Counted from the first letter of the stretch, positions 14,241 to 27,228 are shown. The stretch is 64,000 nucleotides of DNA from Saccostrea echinata (GCF_033153115.1 NW_026889766.1:5518001-5582000), one strand, 5' to 3'. Translations and numbers: made by a program. The notes: generated by a model from the sequence alone, not told the origin.

Positions 14241-15783
14241 CATCATCGTAACCTGGTCATTGACCCCCTGGACAGAGTTCAAGTACTGTGACCTGTGTCA
14301 AATAGCTGCATTAAATAGTCGCTGTGAACTTTGTCACGTTAACCTACGTAAGGCTTGTGTAAGGAGCATCTCTTTGATTCTTTCAAAAAACACAAGGTTG
14401 TACCTAACAAGCACAGAAAATCTGCTCCTAACTATCGAAAATGTCCAAACCATACCCAGAACCACTGTGAATTTTGCTGTGAGAAATGTGACATTCCTAT
14501 CTGTTCTATCTGCATCTTTTCTGATAACCATCATTGGCATGAATTTATAGATGTTCTGAAAAAGGATTTAGAAAAAGACTTGGAAGAACTAGAGAAAGAA
14601 TTTATCCTGCATATGAAGAAATTACCTTTGATTTAAAGTCTGAAAAAGTAAACTTTCAAATACATTATGAGAAAGTGACAACAGCTGTCACGAAACAAAG
14701 AAAAGACTGGCTCAAAGAAATTAACATCACTGTCACCAAACAGAAATCTCAAATTGATGAGATAAAAAAAGACACCTAGCTGTTCTAAAAATAATAACAG
14801 GAAAAGAAATTAAACAGAATACTACGGATGTAAAACAGAGTATTCTTGATCTGAAGAAAATTCTGGACTCCAATGATGTCTCCCTTACCTCTGCATACAA
14901 ATCCAGGAATGCTGAATTCAGAACTTTACCTCCTAAAGTCAATGTTTCATTAGCTTTATCTTGTCCCCCAGTCAAACCACTGCTTGATAAACCAGAGCTC
15001 GTCACCACCTTAAACACTGGGTATAAATATCTACGCAGCGTTACCTGTATCAGTGATGAAGAAATCTGGACAAGTGGACAAGACAACATCATGAAACTCT
15101 ACAACCTCCAGGATGAACAACTGAAGTCAATCCAAACTAAGTTAGGATACATACCACAGGACATAGCAGTGACAAGGAGTGGACATACAGTTTATACTGA
15201 CCCTGATACAAGACCTGTAAACATAGCAAAGAATAAACAGATATAGAAAGTGATCAGACTACAGGGATGGAAACCTTGTCATGTCTGCAGTACCTCCTCT
15301 GGTGACCTCCTGGTTAGCATGGTTAGTGATGATAAACAATCAAAGGTTTTCCGTTACTCTGGCTCCATAGAAAAACAAACCATTCAGTTTGATACTGAAG
15401 GTAAACCTCTGTATTCATCTGGTTACAGTAGATACATCAGTGAGAACAAGAACCTGGAAATCTTTGCAGCTGACAATGGAGTCAGTGCTGTAGTGGTGGT
15501 TAATCAGGCAGGAAAACTCCGATTTAGATACAATGACCATACCTCTACTACCAAGGGATCTTTTAATTCACTTTGCATCACAACAGACAGACAGAGTCAG
15601 ATCCTGACATCAGACCGCGACAACCACTGTATCCACATACTAGCTCAGGATGGACAGTTCCTTCGTTACATTGATAACTGTGAGGTATACAAACCATGGG
15701 GTTTATGTGTAGACACAGAGACAACCTCAATCTGGCTGAATTTTACAGTGGTAAAGAGAATTTAGGAAGTCAAATACATGTAA
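14241..15783 (+). pseudogene. TRIM-like B-box/CC/NHL copy 2, pseudogene
   Basis: Collinear with copy 3, but the start codon region is deleted, there are several frameshifts, a deletion near 14951, an in-frame TAG near 15244, and the upstream leader-exon donor reads GG instead of GT (13518). Confidence 0.9.
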
Positions 15784-17049
15784 ACACTTCATTGTCGTTG
15801 AGAGTCTATGTGACTGATATGCAATATGAAAAAAAACCCATTACATTGATTATGTGAACATGTACGGATATGTGCAAACGAAAGTGTTTGGACAGTGGGA
15901 AAATACATTTTAAAACCTAATGTTATTCTGTTTCTATTTCAAGAAATACTCTACTTACATTATAAATATTGATTTCTGATTAAACATCATATTATGCAGT
16001 GAATGTTCCAGCTATCAATAATTAACAAGAATTCTCTGATGAGACTGAAGCTCTACTGATATGTACTTATAATTAAGAAAGATGTATTTTGGTAGTCTAC
16101 ATTTGAAAAAAAAAACCTAATCAGCTCAATTAAGTATTAAGCATTATTAAAAGTGGACCAAAGTTGTAGGAGAAGAGTCATTTTGAATGGATTTCAAGGA
16201 AAAATTCTATTTTTAGTATCCAGATAACACCACATGTTACAAACAAAACCAATTTGCATAATGATGTTTCTTAATCTAGTCTACTTGTGTTCTAAGTCTT
16301 ATTAACATTATACATAAACTGTAAAAGAGATAGTGTTTTGAAAGAATTTCAAGGAAATATCTATTTAGAGAAGCCTTGCAATACTGTTTGTCAAAATCAA
16401 AAACTGATACATGGAATTAAGTATCTTAATGTAGTCTGCTTTTCCATGTTTTACTTGAATTAGATTAAAACTGTAGGAGGAGTAGCATTTTGAAAGTTAA
16501 ATGACTAAATTTTCAAACTTCAATTCTTGTAGGAGAAAAAATTATTGGGCCTAGTTTTTCATGGAAATGAGTGGCCACTAGTTCCCCTGTGGCGTTGTTC
16601 TTCCTCCTGGAACAGTGCAGTGATCTTCACACAAACCTCATCCTGAACAATATGCTGCATCTACAGAGTAGAATAGACAAGATATATTATTCTAAATCAG
16701 GGTCCTTTTGGGCATATACAAATACAGAGAGTGATACTATTATTATATATGTCTTACATTATTCTGGTCTCTGACCAGTAGAGCTAAAGACAGCAACTTT
16801 TATCTAATTTAGAATTTTTAAATCAGATTTCTGATAAAATTCAAGATAAATGATATATATATTTTTTTAACACTTTTATTACCTTTCTTACACATTGCAG
16901 AAATCAATTTATGATTTTAATGATTAGATCAATACATCTAGAACATCCTCTATGATGAGAATATCCTGAATGTATAAATCTATCAGTGTTTTACTTAAAT
17001 ACCAAAGTTGCAAGATGAAAAATTATTTAAAAGGCCTATATATTGAAAG

Positions 17050-17132
17050 GTATTTAAATCACATGGCCTGGCAAAAGAACACCAGGAAGTAGATTGTCAG
17101 GCAGCATTTAGGAAGCCTTATTTATACTACAG
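17050..17132 (+). promoter_or_regulatory. Putative core promoter and non-coding leader exon of the TRIM-like gene
   Basis: TATTTAAATCACATG followed by a ~65-nt block ending TACAG|GTAA. The block recurs upstream of copies at 13455-13517, 17870-17935 and 33390-33457, and each coding exon begins at a polypyrimidine-AG acceptor. Confidence 0.55.
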
Positions 17133-18915
17133 GTAAAACTTTTTTTTTCAATTTTAATATATTACACCTTTTTGCTACTAAATATTCTGTACCTGAATTA
17201 AAAACAAAAAATTGTGAAAAGTGGAAATCTTTCAAAAATAAGGAGCAATATAATTATGCATAGTTTTTTTTTTTTTGTATGTGTGTAAGTCTCAGCATGG
17301 GGATTTGAGATCACATTTGTATCTATTACCACACCACTGATGATTTTTTTATGAAATTCTGGCTTTAGATTGGTTGAAGTCTGTCAAATGAAGGCAATCT
17401 CATACTTAAACACGGTCACTTGAAAATATTATATACATGGTGGTATTCATTACAGAGTTATCTTTCCTTTTGTTACACTTAGAATAACTCTTAGTCTTTT
17501 TTTTTTAAATTTTATTAGACAATAGGCTTGCTGATAAATAAACACAAACCCCAGTTAAAGGTGAACTTTATTTAAAATAGGACAGCTATCAAAGATATTA
17601 AGTATTCTCCTTGTTTAATTTTCTTCACATTGTCAAGTACTCTCAATTTTTTTCATCCATGATAATTTTGTTTTACTCGTCAATTAGTTATTATCATGAT
17701 AATTATATATATATATTTAACTACAAAATATTAAACTTTTACTTTTTTATTAATATTGTCATTTTAGTTTGCACAAAGCATAAAAAATAAAATTCTCAAC
17801 AAAGAATTTATATTTCACAATTTTTTTGTAAACAGTATCATCGTTACCTGTCATATGAGAAGACTATTATGGCAAGTCAACACCAGGAAGAAGATTGCCA
17901 GAAAGTATTTATAGGAAGCCATATTGAAACTACAGGTAAGACATTTTTTTTCAAATTGGAAAATATCCCATTTTTGCTACGAAATATCCTCTACTTGAAT
18001 TAAAAACAAAAAATTGTGAAAAGTGGAAATCCTTCAAAAATAAAGAGCAATATAATTATGCATGATTATATTTTACGTGTACATGCCAAGACTATGATGG
18101 TCTCAGCATGGGGTTTTGAAATCACATTTGTATGTATTACCCCATCTCAGGTGATTTTTTGATAAAGACCTGGCTTAAAATTGATTCAAGTTTGCCACGG
18201 TAAGGCAGTGTAATACCTATACACGGTCGCTTGAAAATATGATATACTTGGTTGCGGTCATTACAGAGTTATCTTTTCTTTTTTCACACTTAGAATATCT
18301 CGAGTTTCGTAGGTTTTTTTTCTTAATTTTAATTGTTATAATAGTCAAGAGGCTTACTGAGTGTCTATTGACGAATTAAAAGTAAACTTATGTCAGCAAC
18401 AATCACAAATTATGAAAACATTTTCTCCTAATACTAAAATAAGTTATTACTTCATGAAACACAAAAAACAATGTAATATATACCACAACATGACATCAAA
18501 ACAGGCACTGTATTGGAGAAGTAAAACATATACCGAAAAGAAACAATTAATTTATTCATATGCCCTGACAGGGCATATTAAAAAAACTTAACGTAAAAAA
18601 AAAAAATACGTAAACTCAAACCCATGTTAAAAGTGAACTTATTTAAAACAAGACAGTTCTCGCAAAATTTATTATTAACAATTTCATTTGTTTCTTTCGC
18701 TCAATGATTTTTATCCTTGATGATTTTTTTTTTCACATATTAAGCTCTTCTTACCATGATTATACATATTTCATACTACAAAATATTTCACTTTTACCTA
18801 TCTATTAATATTTTTATTTCAGTTTGCATAAAATAAAATCCTTAACACAGGAATTTTTGCGTTACAATTTTAAATATTTTGCAGCATCACCTAGACTTGG
18901 TCATATGAGAACACT

Positions 18916-20574
18916 ATGATGGATCCCCTGAACAGAGCTCAAGTACTACTCCTCTGCGACTTGTGTCAAAGAGAGGCAGTACAAAGTCATTGTGAACTTT
19001 GTCATATCAACCTGTGTAAAGCCTGTGTAGGGGAGCATCTCTCTGATTTATCCCAAAGACACAAAGTTGTACAATACAAAGACAGAACTTCTACTCCTAA
19101 ATACCCGGAATGTCCAATCCATTCAAAGAAACATTGTGAACTTTACTGTGAGAAATGTGACATTCCTGTCTGTTCTACCTGCATCTCCTCTGATAAACAC
19201 CATGGGCATAAATTTACAGACATCCTGAAAAAAATAAGTTCCAAGAAAAAAGATCTAGAAAAAGACTTGGAAGAACTCGAGAAAAGAATCTATCCTGCAT
19301 ATAGAGAAATTACATTAGATCTAAACTTTCAAAAAGCAAACACTGAAAAACATTATGAGAAACTGACAAATGCTGTCACCAAACAAGGAGAAGACTGGCA
19401 CAGAGAAATTAACATCATTGTCAAGAAAAGGAAATTTGAAATTGATGAGATGAAAACTAAAGGCCTGGTTGCTCTAAATAAACAGGAAAATGAAATAAAA
19501 AAAATTACTTCTGATGTAAAAAAGAGTATTCTTGATCTGAAGAACATTCTTGACTCAAGTGATATCTCCCTAACTTCTGATTACAAATCCAGGAATGCTC
19601 AATTCAGAAGTTTACCTCCTAAAGTCACTGTTTCATTACCAAGTTTCTCTCCTCATCAGATCAACAGAGAACAACTCAATCAAATGTTTGGTTCTCTGTC
19701 AGCATTATCCATTACAAATGAAAAGCATGGCTACACAATGAACACACTAGAAGCGGTATCCTGTCCTCTAGTCAAACCACTGCTTGATGAACCAGAGCTC
19801 ATCACCACCATAGACACTGGTTATAAATACAGTGTTACCTGCCTCAGTGATGAAGAAATCTGGACATGTGGATATGACAAAACTATGGAACTCTACAACC
19901 TCCAGGGTAAACTACTGAAGTCAATCCAAACCAAGTCAGGGAAGATAACACGTGACATAGCAGTGACAAAAAGTGGTGATCTAGTTTATACCGACTCTGA
20001 TACTAGAACTGTAAACATAGTGAAGAATAAACAGATACAGGAAGTGTTCAGACTACAGGGGTGGAAACCTTACAATGTCTGTAGTACCTCTTCGGGTGAC
20101 CTCTTGGTTACCATGGACAGTGATGATAAACAATCAAAGGTTGCCAGATACTCTGGCTCCACAGAGAAACAAACCATTCAGTTTGATAGTGAAGGTAAAA
20201 CTCTCTATTCATCTGGTTACTGTAAATACATCAGTGAGAACAAGAACCTGGATATTTGTGTAGCTGATTGGGGAGCCAGTGCAGTAGTGGTAGTTAATCA
20301 GGCAGGAAAACTCCGATTTAGATACACTGGTCATCCCTCTACTACCAAGGGATCGTTTGATCCCCTCGGCATCACAACAAACATAAAGGGTCAGATCCTG
20401 ACTGCAGACCGTAACAACCACTGTATTCACATCCTAGATCAGGATGGACAGTTTGTCTGTTACATTGATAACTGTGATCTACATCTTCCATGTGGTTTAT
20501 GTGTAGACACCAGAGACAACCTCTTTGTGACTGAGATGAGCAGGGGTAAAGTAAAGAAAATCAAATACATGTAA
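18916..20574 (+). CDS. TRIM-like protein copy 3, intact 552 aa: B-box1, B-box2, coiled coil, NHL beta-propeller; no RING
   Basis: [21 protein letters not shown] (B-box1), [24 protein letters not shown] (B-box2), a heptad-rich helix and six NHL-like repeats. Single coding exon preceded by acceptor ttttgcag at 18884; AATAAA near 20745. Confidence 0.93.
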   Translation: MMDPLNRAQVLLLCDLCQREAVQSHCELCHINLCKACVGEHLSDLSQRHKVVQYKDRTSTPKYPECPIHSKKHCELYCEKCDIPVCSTCISSDKHHGHKFTDILKKISSKKKDLEKDLEELEKRIYPAYREITLDLNFQKANTEKHYEKLTNAVTKQGEDWHREINIIVKKRKFEIDEMKTKGLVALNKQENEIKKITSDVKKSILDLKNILDSSDISLTSDYKSRNAQFRSLPPKVTVSLPSFSPHQINREQLNQMFGSLSALSITNEKHGYTMNTLEAVSCPLVKPLLDEPELITTIDTGYKYSVTCLSDEEIWTCGYDKTMELYNLQGKLLKSIQTKSGKITRDIAVTKSGDLVYTDSDTRTVNIVKNKQIQEVFRLQGWKPYNVCSTSSGDLLVTMDSDDKQSKVARYSGSTEKQTIQFDSEGKTLYSSGYCKYISENKNLDICVADWGASAVVVVNQAGKLRFRYTGHPSTTKGSFDPLGITTNIKGQILTADRNNHCIHILDQDGQFVCYIDNCDLHLPCGLCVDTRDNLFVTEMSRGKVKKIKYM

Positions 20575-21024
20575 CTACTTCATTGAAAAACAAAGACAAG
20601 ACATTAATTATGTGAACATTTAAAAATTAATGTAATCAGCAGTGTATGAACAGTGGGTAAATACATTTTAAGACCTCATGTTATTCTGTTTATATTATAA
20701 AATAATCCTCTATTTACTTTATAATAACCGGTATTTATTTTTTAAATAAATATCATAATGTAGCAAATGTAAAACTTCATACTGAATCAGACGAAAAGAA
20801 ATGCAAAAACACGAAATAAAAATTGGTTTGTACAAGGTTAGTTTATAATGAGAAAGAATGCCATGGACCTAAACAATGGAAATTAGAACAATATAAATTC
20901 CTTTAGTCAATATTTCAAACTTTTGTTGATAGGTTTATGTTCCAATCATCAAATATCTTTCACCAGAATTCTCTGACAAGACTGAAGCTCTACTGATATG
21001 TACTAATAATTAAGAAAGATGTAT

Positions 21025-22650
21025 GAAATATATGTAGATAACGAACAGTATTCAATCTCAAAAGTCCATTAAACATTACAAAATAGGAGCAGAGCAAACA
21101 CGGACCTCCAAAACATCAGAGGTGGGATCAGGTGCCATGGAGGAGTGAGCATCCTTTGCCGACCGGTCACACCCGCCGTTTGCTCCTTGTCATCATCGGG
21201 AAATAATTCAGTGTGTAAATAATGGCCTAACAATTAGTATGAAAAACTTCAGTCAACATTTGACTCAATGATAAATTATATCATTTGCTGACTAGGTCAT
21301 TGTATCGACCATAGAACTTACGAAATGATGACTTTAAACGAGACTGCTGATATTCTTGTTTCATCAACTTGTTTGTCAATAATTAACCTTGTTTTAGAAA
21401 TTGTACATACGTAAAGCATGCTCTTGCGTATCGAATCAACTGAGAGATATAAACCCCGTATGCAGGTGATGAAGGTATATTGCTGCATAAGTAAGGGAAG
21501 TTGACGATTGAAAAGTTAAAGTCATCACGTTTATCATAAAGCTTGGTTATTAGATTAACATTAACGTCTTTTTCAAGTAAAATATCCAAATATGAAACAG
21601 ATGTGTCAGACTCTGTGGTATCTTTTATCTCAAGCTCACCAGGATATATCGTATCGACATAAGAATGGAAATAACCATTGTTAATTGACAATACGTCGTC
21701 GATATATCTAAATGTCGAGTTGAAGCCCAGAGCAAGTATTTTCTTCTTTTCAGGTCTATATTTTGGACAAATTCTGCTTCATATGAATACAAAAAAAGGT
21801 CTGCTAATAACGAGGCGCAATTGGTACCCAGGGAATTCCAATAGATTGTTGGAAGACCTGGTCTCCAAAAACCACATAGATATTGTCAATCAGAAACTCA
21901 AGCATCTGTTTAATGTCAACTTCAGAGTACTTGTGTGTACAATCAAAATGTTTTTTTAACAAAATAATTTTGCAAATGACCAATGACAAGGTAAGTAAAT
22001 TTACGAGTTCCATTTTTATTGAAAAAGCAGCTGTCAATGATATCAAAAAGCCTGGACTTTAATTTATCGTGGGGAATGGTTGTGAATAAAGTTGAAAAGT
22101 CGTAAGTTTTTAGCTGTTGATTTTGGTAAATTCTTGTGATTTCAAAATTTCCAAAAGTTCCTTGGAATTTTTAAGTATCCACATCAGATTTACACCAAAT
22201 ATTGAAAATATTGTTGCACAGTACTCTTGAAGTTTTCCCTTCACTACTGTTAATATCTTAGTGAGGACTAAAGAAAGAGGCTTGGTTGAGCATTTACTGG
22301 AACATGCTATGTACCTTTGTTTGTAAGGATTTTCATGAAGTTTCGGAATCCAATATAAATATGGCAATTCAAATTCATTTTGGTTGTTTGGAATATTAAA
22401 ATATTCAAAAATGACATATGATTTTGAAGAATTTCTTCCTTTGAAAGGGAACTATGAGTATAAGTTGGATTACCACTTGTAGAATTAAATCCAAGTTCCT
22501 CTTAAACACATTTAGTATAATGAGCCTTACAAACAAAGACAATGTTATTACCTGCTAAATGTCAGCAGGGACCAGTACGTACGGACATGTAATCTATCTA
22601 ATTCTTTTTTCACTTCAGGATTACTGAATACAGAAGGATAGATGGTAAAA
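21025..22650 (-). mobile_element. Penelope-like retroelement remnant (reverse transcriptase, frameshifted)
   Basis: Motifs YLYWIPKLH..PYKQRYI, YDFSTL.TTIPH, QQSIGIP, FRYIDD, LYDKRDDFNFSIVNFP..SNIP..PAYGVYISQL.RY. It interrupts a TRIM 3' flank that is continuous in copies 2 and 4. Confidence 0.82.
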
Positions 22651-23659
22651 TGGTAGATGTGTAAAAAAGCCTAATCAGATCAAAACTGTAGGGAGGAGTA
22701 GCATTTAAAAAGAATTCAAAGAAATATATACTTTGTAATAAGCACGAAAGACCAAAATTATAGGAGTGGAATAATTTTGAATGGATTTTAAATAAATGCT
22801 ATTTTTAGTATCCAGACAACACGACTTGTTACAATCAAGACCTATTGAAAATGTACATAAACTGTAAGAGAGGTAGTGTTTTGAAAGAATTTCAAAGAAA
22901 TTTCTATTTCTGGAAACCTTGCAACACTGTTTGTCAATATCAAAAACTGATACATGGAATTAAGGATCTTAATGTAGTCTACTGTTCCATATTTTACTTG
23001 AAATAGATTAAAATTGTAGGAGTAGTAGCATTTTGAAAGTTAAAAGACTGAATGTTCAAACTTCAATTCTCATAGGAGAAAAAATTATTGGACCTAGTTT
23101 TTCATGGAAATGACTTACAAGAAAAAAACATAACCTTTCAATACCCTTTGTCAAAATCAAAAACTTATATATGGAATTATGTATCTAAATGAATCAAAAC
23201 TGTAGGAGGAGTAGATTTTTGAAAATCAAATGGTCAAACTTTAATTCTTGTCAAAGTAAATTTATTGAACAGAGTTATTCATGGAAATGACTTACCACAA
23301 AAAAGTCAATTATACACGTATAACGACTCAGGTTTCCAAATTAAAGCCATTATTTCCTCAACTGTCTGACAAGGTTCTATACTAGATTCTCCATGGTGAA
23401 GGCAATATAGGAATGGATACCACACATCTGTCTTAGCTGATCCTCATACTAAGTGGATTCTAGGTTCCCGTCCAGCAAACTCTTTACCGTATCCAGGAAG
23501 TATGGATAGTATTCCTCAGGCTCATTCTCATCTGTAAACATGGCAACAATCAAAACAAGAGGCCCATGTGTCACATCGCTCACCTGAGCAGATTGGCTAG
23601 GCAAAAGCACAAATCAATTCAGTATTAAAAAGATTACCGGAGGTGGGTGGTTGGGGTTG

Positions 23660-24960
23660 AATTTAAAACTACCTGATGATGCTTCCATGTCAATATAACA
23701 AATGGCTTTGTTGTACTTGAGTAGATTTTTTTTTTAAATTTCCCATATATTCCTTTGTAAAACTTTGATCCCCCATTGTGGCTCCTCCATATCCCAGGGG
23801 TCATTATTTGAACAAAATTGAATTTACACTACCTGAGGATACTTCCATATCAAAATGACTAAACATGATTTTCAGTTCTTGAGAAGAAGATATTTTCCTA
23901 TCTGTTCCTATGTAAAATTTTCGACCCCCCATTGTGGCCTGACCCTATCCCCGGCGGTCATCATTTAACAAAACTTGAATCTACACCCTGAGGATGCTTC
24001 CAAATCAAAATGACTAATCATGGCTTCGCAGTTCTTCAGAAAAGGATATTTTCCTTTATATTTCTATTTAAGACTTTGATCCTCCATTGTGGCTCCACCC
24101 TATCCTCCAGGGGTCACGATTTAAACAAAATATAATCTACACTACCTGAGGATGCTTCCACATAAATATGATTAATCAGGGCTTTGCTATTCCTGAGAAG
24201 AAGATTTTCAAAGATTTTTCCTATATATTTCTATATAAAACTTTCATCCTCCATTGTGGTCCCGCCCTACCCCCGGCGGTCATGATTTGAAATAACTTGA
24301 ATCTACACTACCTGAGGATGCTTCCATATAAATATGACTCATCATGGCTTTGCTGTTCTTGAGAAGATTTTTCCTTAATATTTCTAAGTAAAACTTTAAT
24401 CCTCCATTGTGACCCCGCCCTATCCCCAGGGGTCATGATGTGAACAAACTTGAATCTACACTACCTGAGGATGCTTCCAAATCAAAATGACTAATCATGG
24501 CTTTGCAGTTCTTCAGAAAAAGATATTTTGTTATATATTTCTATTTAAGACTTTGATCCTCCATTGTGGCCCCAACCTACCCCCTGCGGTAATGATTTGA
24601 AATAACTTGAATCTACACTACCTGAGGATGCTTCCATATAAATATGACCAATCAGGGCTTTGCTGTTCCTGAGAAGAAGATTTTCAAAGATTTTTCCTAT
24701 ATATTTCTATGTAAAACTTTGATAGTCCTTTGTGGCCCCGCCCTATCCCCAGGGGTGATGATTTGAACAAACTTGAATCTACACTACTTGAAGACTTCCA
24801 CATGAGTTTCATCTTTCCTGGCCCTGTGGTTCTTGAGAAGAAGATTTTTAAAAGATGCTATTAAATTTTCACTAATTCTTTATTATCTCCCCTTGAAAGA
24901 GGGCGTGACCCTTCATTTGAACAAACTTGAATCCGCTTTACCCAAGGATACTTTGTGGTA
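23660..24960 (+). repeat. Tandem satellite array, ~8 units of 152-166 bp
   Basis: CTACACTACCTGAGGATGCTTCC recurs at about 23670, 23825, 23980, 24137, 24303, 24455, 24613 and 24779. A further fragment lies at ~6495-6800. Confidence 0.9.
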
Positions 24961-25044
24961 AGTTTGGTTGAAATTGGCAGACTGGTTCTTGAGAAGAAGT
25001 CGAAAATGTTAAAAGTTTACAGACAGACAGACAACTAGACGGAC

Positions 25045-26172
25045 GGTAGACAGACATCTCGGCCCAACGACACCTCGGCCCGTCACGTTTGACACCTCGG
25101 CCCTGACAGGTCGGCCCAAGATAATTGACACGTCAGCCCATATAAAAGACTCCTCGGCCCAAGCAAAATTTTGTGATAGAAATAATTAATCCAGTGTCTT
25201 TCTGACGATTTAACGATTTTCTTCATAAAAATCAAATTGGGAAAGGATGGGGGTCTATGATAGATAATTGGTTCATTTCTATTTATAACTAAATAACTAA
25301 AATCATATACCTCCTTAACTTGCATCTCTTTCATGTGGAAAATGCGCAATATATATGCTAAGTAATACTATATTCAACATACTAGCAATTTCTCTGACGA
25401 TTTGAAACATTTGAGATAGGTCAATAATCCGTGCATGAAAAGAAATGGATTACATTTAAACTTTTTTTTTTTGGTGAGGTTAAAGCGAGAATAAACAGAT
25501 GCAACCTTTATAATTTTTTTTTATCTACAATATGGTTGAAACCATTAATCTTACATTAAAATTTTATGTTTCATTGACTGAAAAGCACACATTGATAGAA
25601 GAAGCGTAGAGAAAAATCGGATTCGAGATAGTTTAGCGATGTAAATGAATTTATGAATCTACAAGGGACATTTAAAAGTTCTGTTAACTGTTTGATAAAA
25701 TGTAAACTTTCGTGAGTGTTTACTTGGAAAATAAAATAGAAAATATCCAATGGATGTAAATGTACTGACTCACAATTAAGCATGTTCGTAATTAACACCT
25801 CATTGTCACCAGTATAATACACACTTGACACTCCAAAGGATGCGCCGTGGCATACTGCATGTTTGTTTATCAATTAGCAGTTTAATTATATGTCTTCTCA
25901 TTCCTTGATTATAGTCAAAATGCTCATGGAAGGTTTTTTATAATCTAAAAAAAAAAATTGATCGCATATTCGATTATTTTTTTCAACCAATATTTTATTT
26001 AAGTCGCAATTTGGAAATATAATATATTTCGTAATGAAATTTTGCTCGGCCGAGGTGTCTTATAGATGGGCCGACCTGTCTTAAATCTTGGGCCGACCTG
26101 TCTGAGCCGAGGTGTCATTGGGCCGAGATGTCAATGGGCCGAGGTGTCGTTGGGCCGAGGTGTCTGACATTC
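25045..26172. mobile_element. Non-autonomous TIR (Mutator/foldback-like) element nested in the HINE microsatellite
   Basis: ~125-bp imperfect TIRs built from GACACCTCGGCCC / GGGCCGAGGTGTC sub-repeats; 8-bp direct repeat AGACGGAC at 25037-25044 and 26173-26180. Confidence 0.8.
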
Positions 26173-26349
26173 AGACGGACAGACAGACAGACGGACGCCG
26201 GACAAAAAGTGATCAGAAAACCTCACTTGAGCCTTTGGCTCAGGTGTGCTAAAAATTGTCTTGCCAACCATTATGTTATTATATTCTATGCAATAAGCGA
26301 AAAACTGAATGCTTTGTAAAACATATTCTATTCTAACTGGTAAGGGTTA

Positions 26350-26525
26350 CAGTAAAAATTGTCTAATCTGGATGTTGTGTATTCCACAATTTGTTTTAAT
26401 ATGATATAATTTTCAGGTTCATATTAATTAATTCAATCGATAAAAATATTTTCTACTCCAGAATGTTGTCTAATCCAGCCAATTTATATGGAATCAGTGG
26501 AGTCTGGATTAGGCTTGTTTCACTG
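26350..26525. mobile_element. TA-flanked MITE shared by duplicates B and C
   Basis: TA-CAGTAAAAATTGTCTAATCTGGA...TCTGGATTAGGCTTGTTTCACTG-TA, with a homologue at ~39155-39330. Confidence 0.65.
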
Positions 26526-27228
26526 TATATCTGGAACACTGACATATCCATGCAAAATGAATCCCACAACAATATACTGAATTCAAATTTCAAGCTTAAT
26601 ATCTTGAATGCGAAAAACTTCCCATTTGCTTAAGATTTGACTGTAAGTGTAATATACTAATGTCCTCTAGGTTTCTTACTTGGACCTTTGAGTCTGAGGG
26701 TCACTGCAGTAGATTCCTTTCTGTCTTTCCTACACTGCGCCTCCTCTGCGGCGATTTTAACGGAATATTTGTATATCTTGTACAGGCGTTCACAAAGAAT
26801 TTGATGGAGGTGGAAAAAAAGATACCAGTTATTGTTGACAAAGAACAGAGAATAAACATCATTCTGATTTTTTTTTTAAAAAGTTAGGTTCAAGAAAAAG
26901 TTGCAACTACATGTATGTGCATGTATTAAATAAGAAACCATTTGAATACAACCTATAACATTACTGAAATGACATTACTGGTGGGAATTTACCAAATTCT
27001 GCCTGTACATCCTCCTGCTTCTGGAACAGCTCGGCCACCTGAGAGTAGACTTCAGCCTCGTTAGGGGCTTAAAACCAAGAAACACGATTTGAACGTCACA
27101 AAACATTTCAGTGACCAATCAGTTTTACATTGTCTGTGTTACAAGTCTACTGCCACAAAAGTTTTCATTCTTAGTCTGGTATGGTCTGGCAGTATTTAGA
27201 CCAGGTAAGTATAAACGTCCCTCTATGG

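Larger units (their letters stand above)
23553..26254 (+). mobile_element. Helentron-associated non-autonomous element (HINE-like) with an oyster ~155-166 bp satellite core
   Basis: 5' end AACAAGAGGCCCATG..GCTCACCTGAG, internal tandem array, (GACA)n tract, and 3' hairpin TGAGCCTTTGGCTCA followed by GGTGTGCTAAAAA. Confidence 0.8.
10040..27075 (-). pseudogene. Sin3 partial duplicate B, hosting TRIM copies 2 and 3
   Basis: 3'UTR homologue ~10040-11115. [12 protein letters not shown] exon at 12749-12932 with a second fragment at ~16575-16660. EPEEYY..VRQ exon at 23362-23531 (donor mutated). [13 protein letters not shown] exon at 26680-26863. PAH2 fragment at ~26990-27075. Confidence 0.88.

Noticed and set aside
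18916-20574. Assigning a specific symbol (TRIM2, TRIM3, TRIM71, brat)
   Set aside because: This is a lineage-expanded RING-less family and orthology cannot be established from this sequence alone.
21025-22650. RT next to variable genes suggesting a diversity-generating retroelement
   Set aside because: The RT is a frameshifted Penelope-like remnant inserted after one copy only. There is no template/variable repeat pair and no adenine-specific variation.
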